Part shown: in pieces, positions 63,101-64,000 of the stretch | How positions within the stretch are numbered: position 1 is the first letter of the stretch | Layout: the number at the start of each line of letters is the position of its first letter | Source: Psilocybe cubensis | Taxonomy: Eukaryota | Reading direction: 5' to 3' | NCBI GenBank assembly: GCA_017499595.2 | Contig: CM039000.1 | Location: 2,418,001 to 2,482,000 of the forward strand | DNA: 64,000 nt | Translations under genes and position numbers: made by a program | The notes under the pieces: model-generated | What the model was told of the DNA's origin: nothing | Database searches by the model: none | What the model saw: the letters and a program-made list of their open reading frames with translations, nothing else

Positions 63101-64000
63101 CTATGCCACCGTGACTCCGCTCTGGCTTTTACCCATTGTGGGGGATATTTTGCGGGAGGAATCCATGAATTTTCTGACCTCTTCCTCAGTAATTTTTGCT
63201 CGGCGCTTTAACAATGAGCGCAGAGTGAGTCAAACACACAACAATCAATCAAGGTTGAGATACAATTACCTCTTGGAAATCGGCTACAAAGGTTTGAAGT
63301 ACTTTGATACATTTCGCCTTCAGCTGACCCGTTAACAGAGTACCTGCTCTATAATCCTAAAAAACATGTCAGGTCGAACGTCGTTCTCAAGAAAAAAAAC
63401 CTAACACCAACCTTTCCAATTTGCTCAAGTTCATCATCATTTTCTAAAAAGAAAGTTAGGTACTGATATGCAACATCAACTTCAGTATCGCCTCCCAGCA
63501 GTCGATGTTCCTCTTCAGTCTCTTTTCCACCCGAAAATCCGTGTTTGTTAATTTTGTTTTTGATCTGATTTGCCTTGTCTGTCATGAAGATACTACTGTT
63601 GGGGTCACTGGCACTCATTTTTGTCTGAGGGCCTTGGAGGGCAGGGAAGAACTTGGAGTGAAGGAGAGCGGGCTTGGGGTGTTTCAATTTACTGGCGATA
63701 TCGCGCGTCAGCCTAAAGTATGGATCCTGATCAATCGCACAAGGAATAAGACACGGAATATCGGAGGAGGTGCCGAAAATTTGAGGGAACGTTGTCGAAA
63801 ACGAAGGAGCAGCCTGAATTGCTGCGAAGTGGACTTTCCCGATGTTATCTCTGGGAAGGCGATTTAGGCGTAATGGACAAAGATATTCACTATAAGGCCT
63901 ACGATTCTGTGAACCCAAATGTTGCTTTGACCTGATTATAGGTAATTTGTCTGGATATTCTCGAGACATTTTGATAGAATGCTCCTCCCATAAATTCGTA
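63101..64000 (-). CDS. WRS1: Cytoplasmic tryptophanyl-tRNA synthetase (3' part; 5' end outside window)
   Basis: [24 protein letters not shown], class-I KMSAS motif, [17 protein letters not shown]; stop TAG 63101-63103. Confidence 0.95.

Overview
This window is eukaryotic fungal DNA, most likely a mushroom-forming basidiomycete (Agaricomycetes), judged from the dense ~45-60 nt spliceosomal introns, microexons and an agaric-type F-box gene. It is an extremely compact, mostly housekeeping chromosome segment with about 29 intron-containing protein genes, which I stitched by hand from the ORF fragments. In order: M50B-like peptidase, ALG2, CCDC6-like, DUF726, YeeE/YedE transporter, SLT11, MET8, RCL1, UBA3, NPR2, OGG1, TAP42, YPT6, MTHFR, APC15-like, GPI13, F-box/zinc-finger, CreC, BCKDH-E1beta, an unknown membrane protein, an RNAi RdRP, SOG2, a JmjC oxygenase, MOT1, a single-pass surface protein, PEP7, twinfilin, LOG and a partial TrpRS. 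I found no rRNA, tRNA, CRISPR or intact mobile element, and I cannot support a clearly novel multi-gene system. The best leads are: (1) a near-gapless tandem CCDC6-DUF726-YeeE block (possible polycistronic unit); (2) ten head-to-head gene pairs with only 68-256 bp between start codons; (3) an orphan membrane-protein gene divergent from the RdRP; (4) a tail-anchored Met8; (5) a DUF726 with an apparent catalytic His-to-Asp change; (6) two GC-AG introns in UBA3; (7) a cluster of AP-1/Gcn4-type sites before the F-box gene; (8) a leaky-stop context at OGG1. All gene identities come from motif recognition, not database searches, and exon boundaries are manual.
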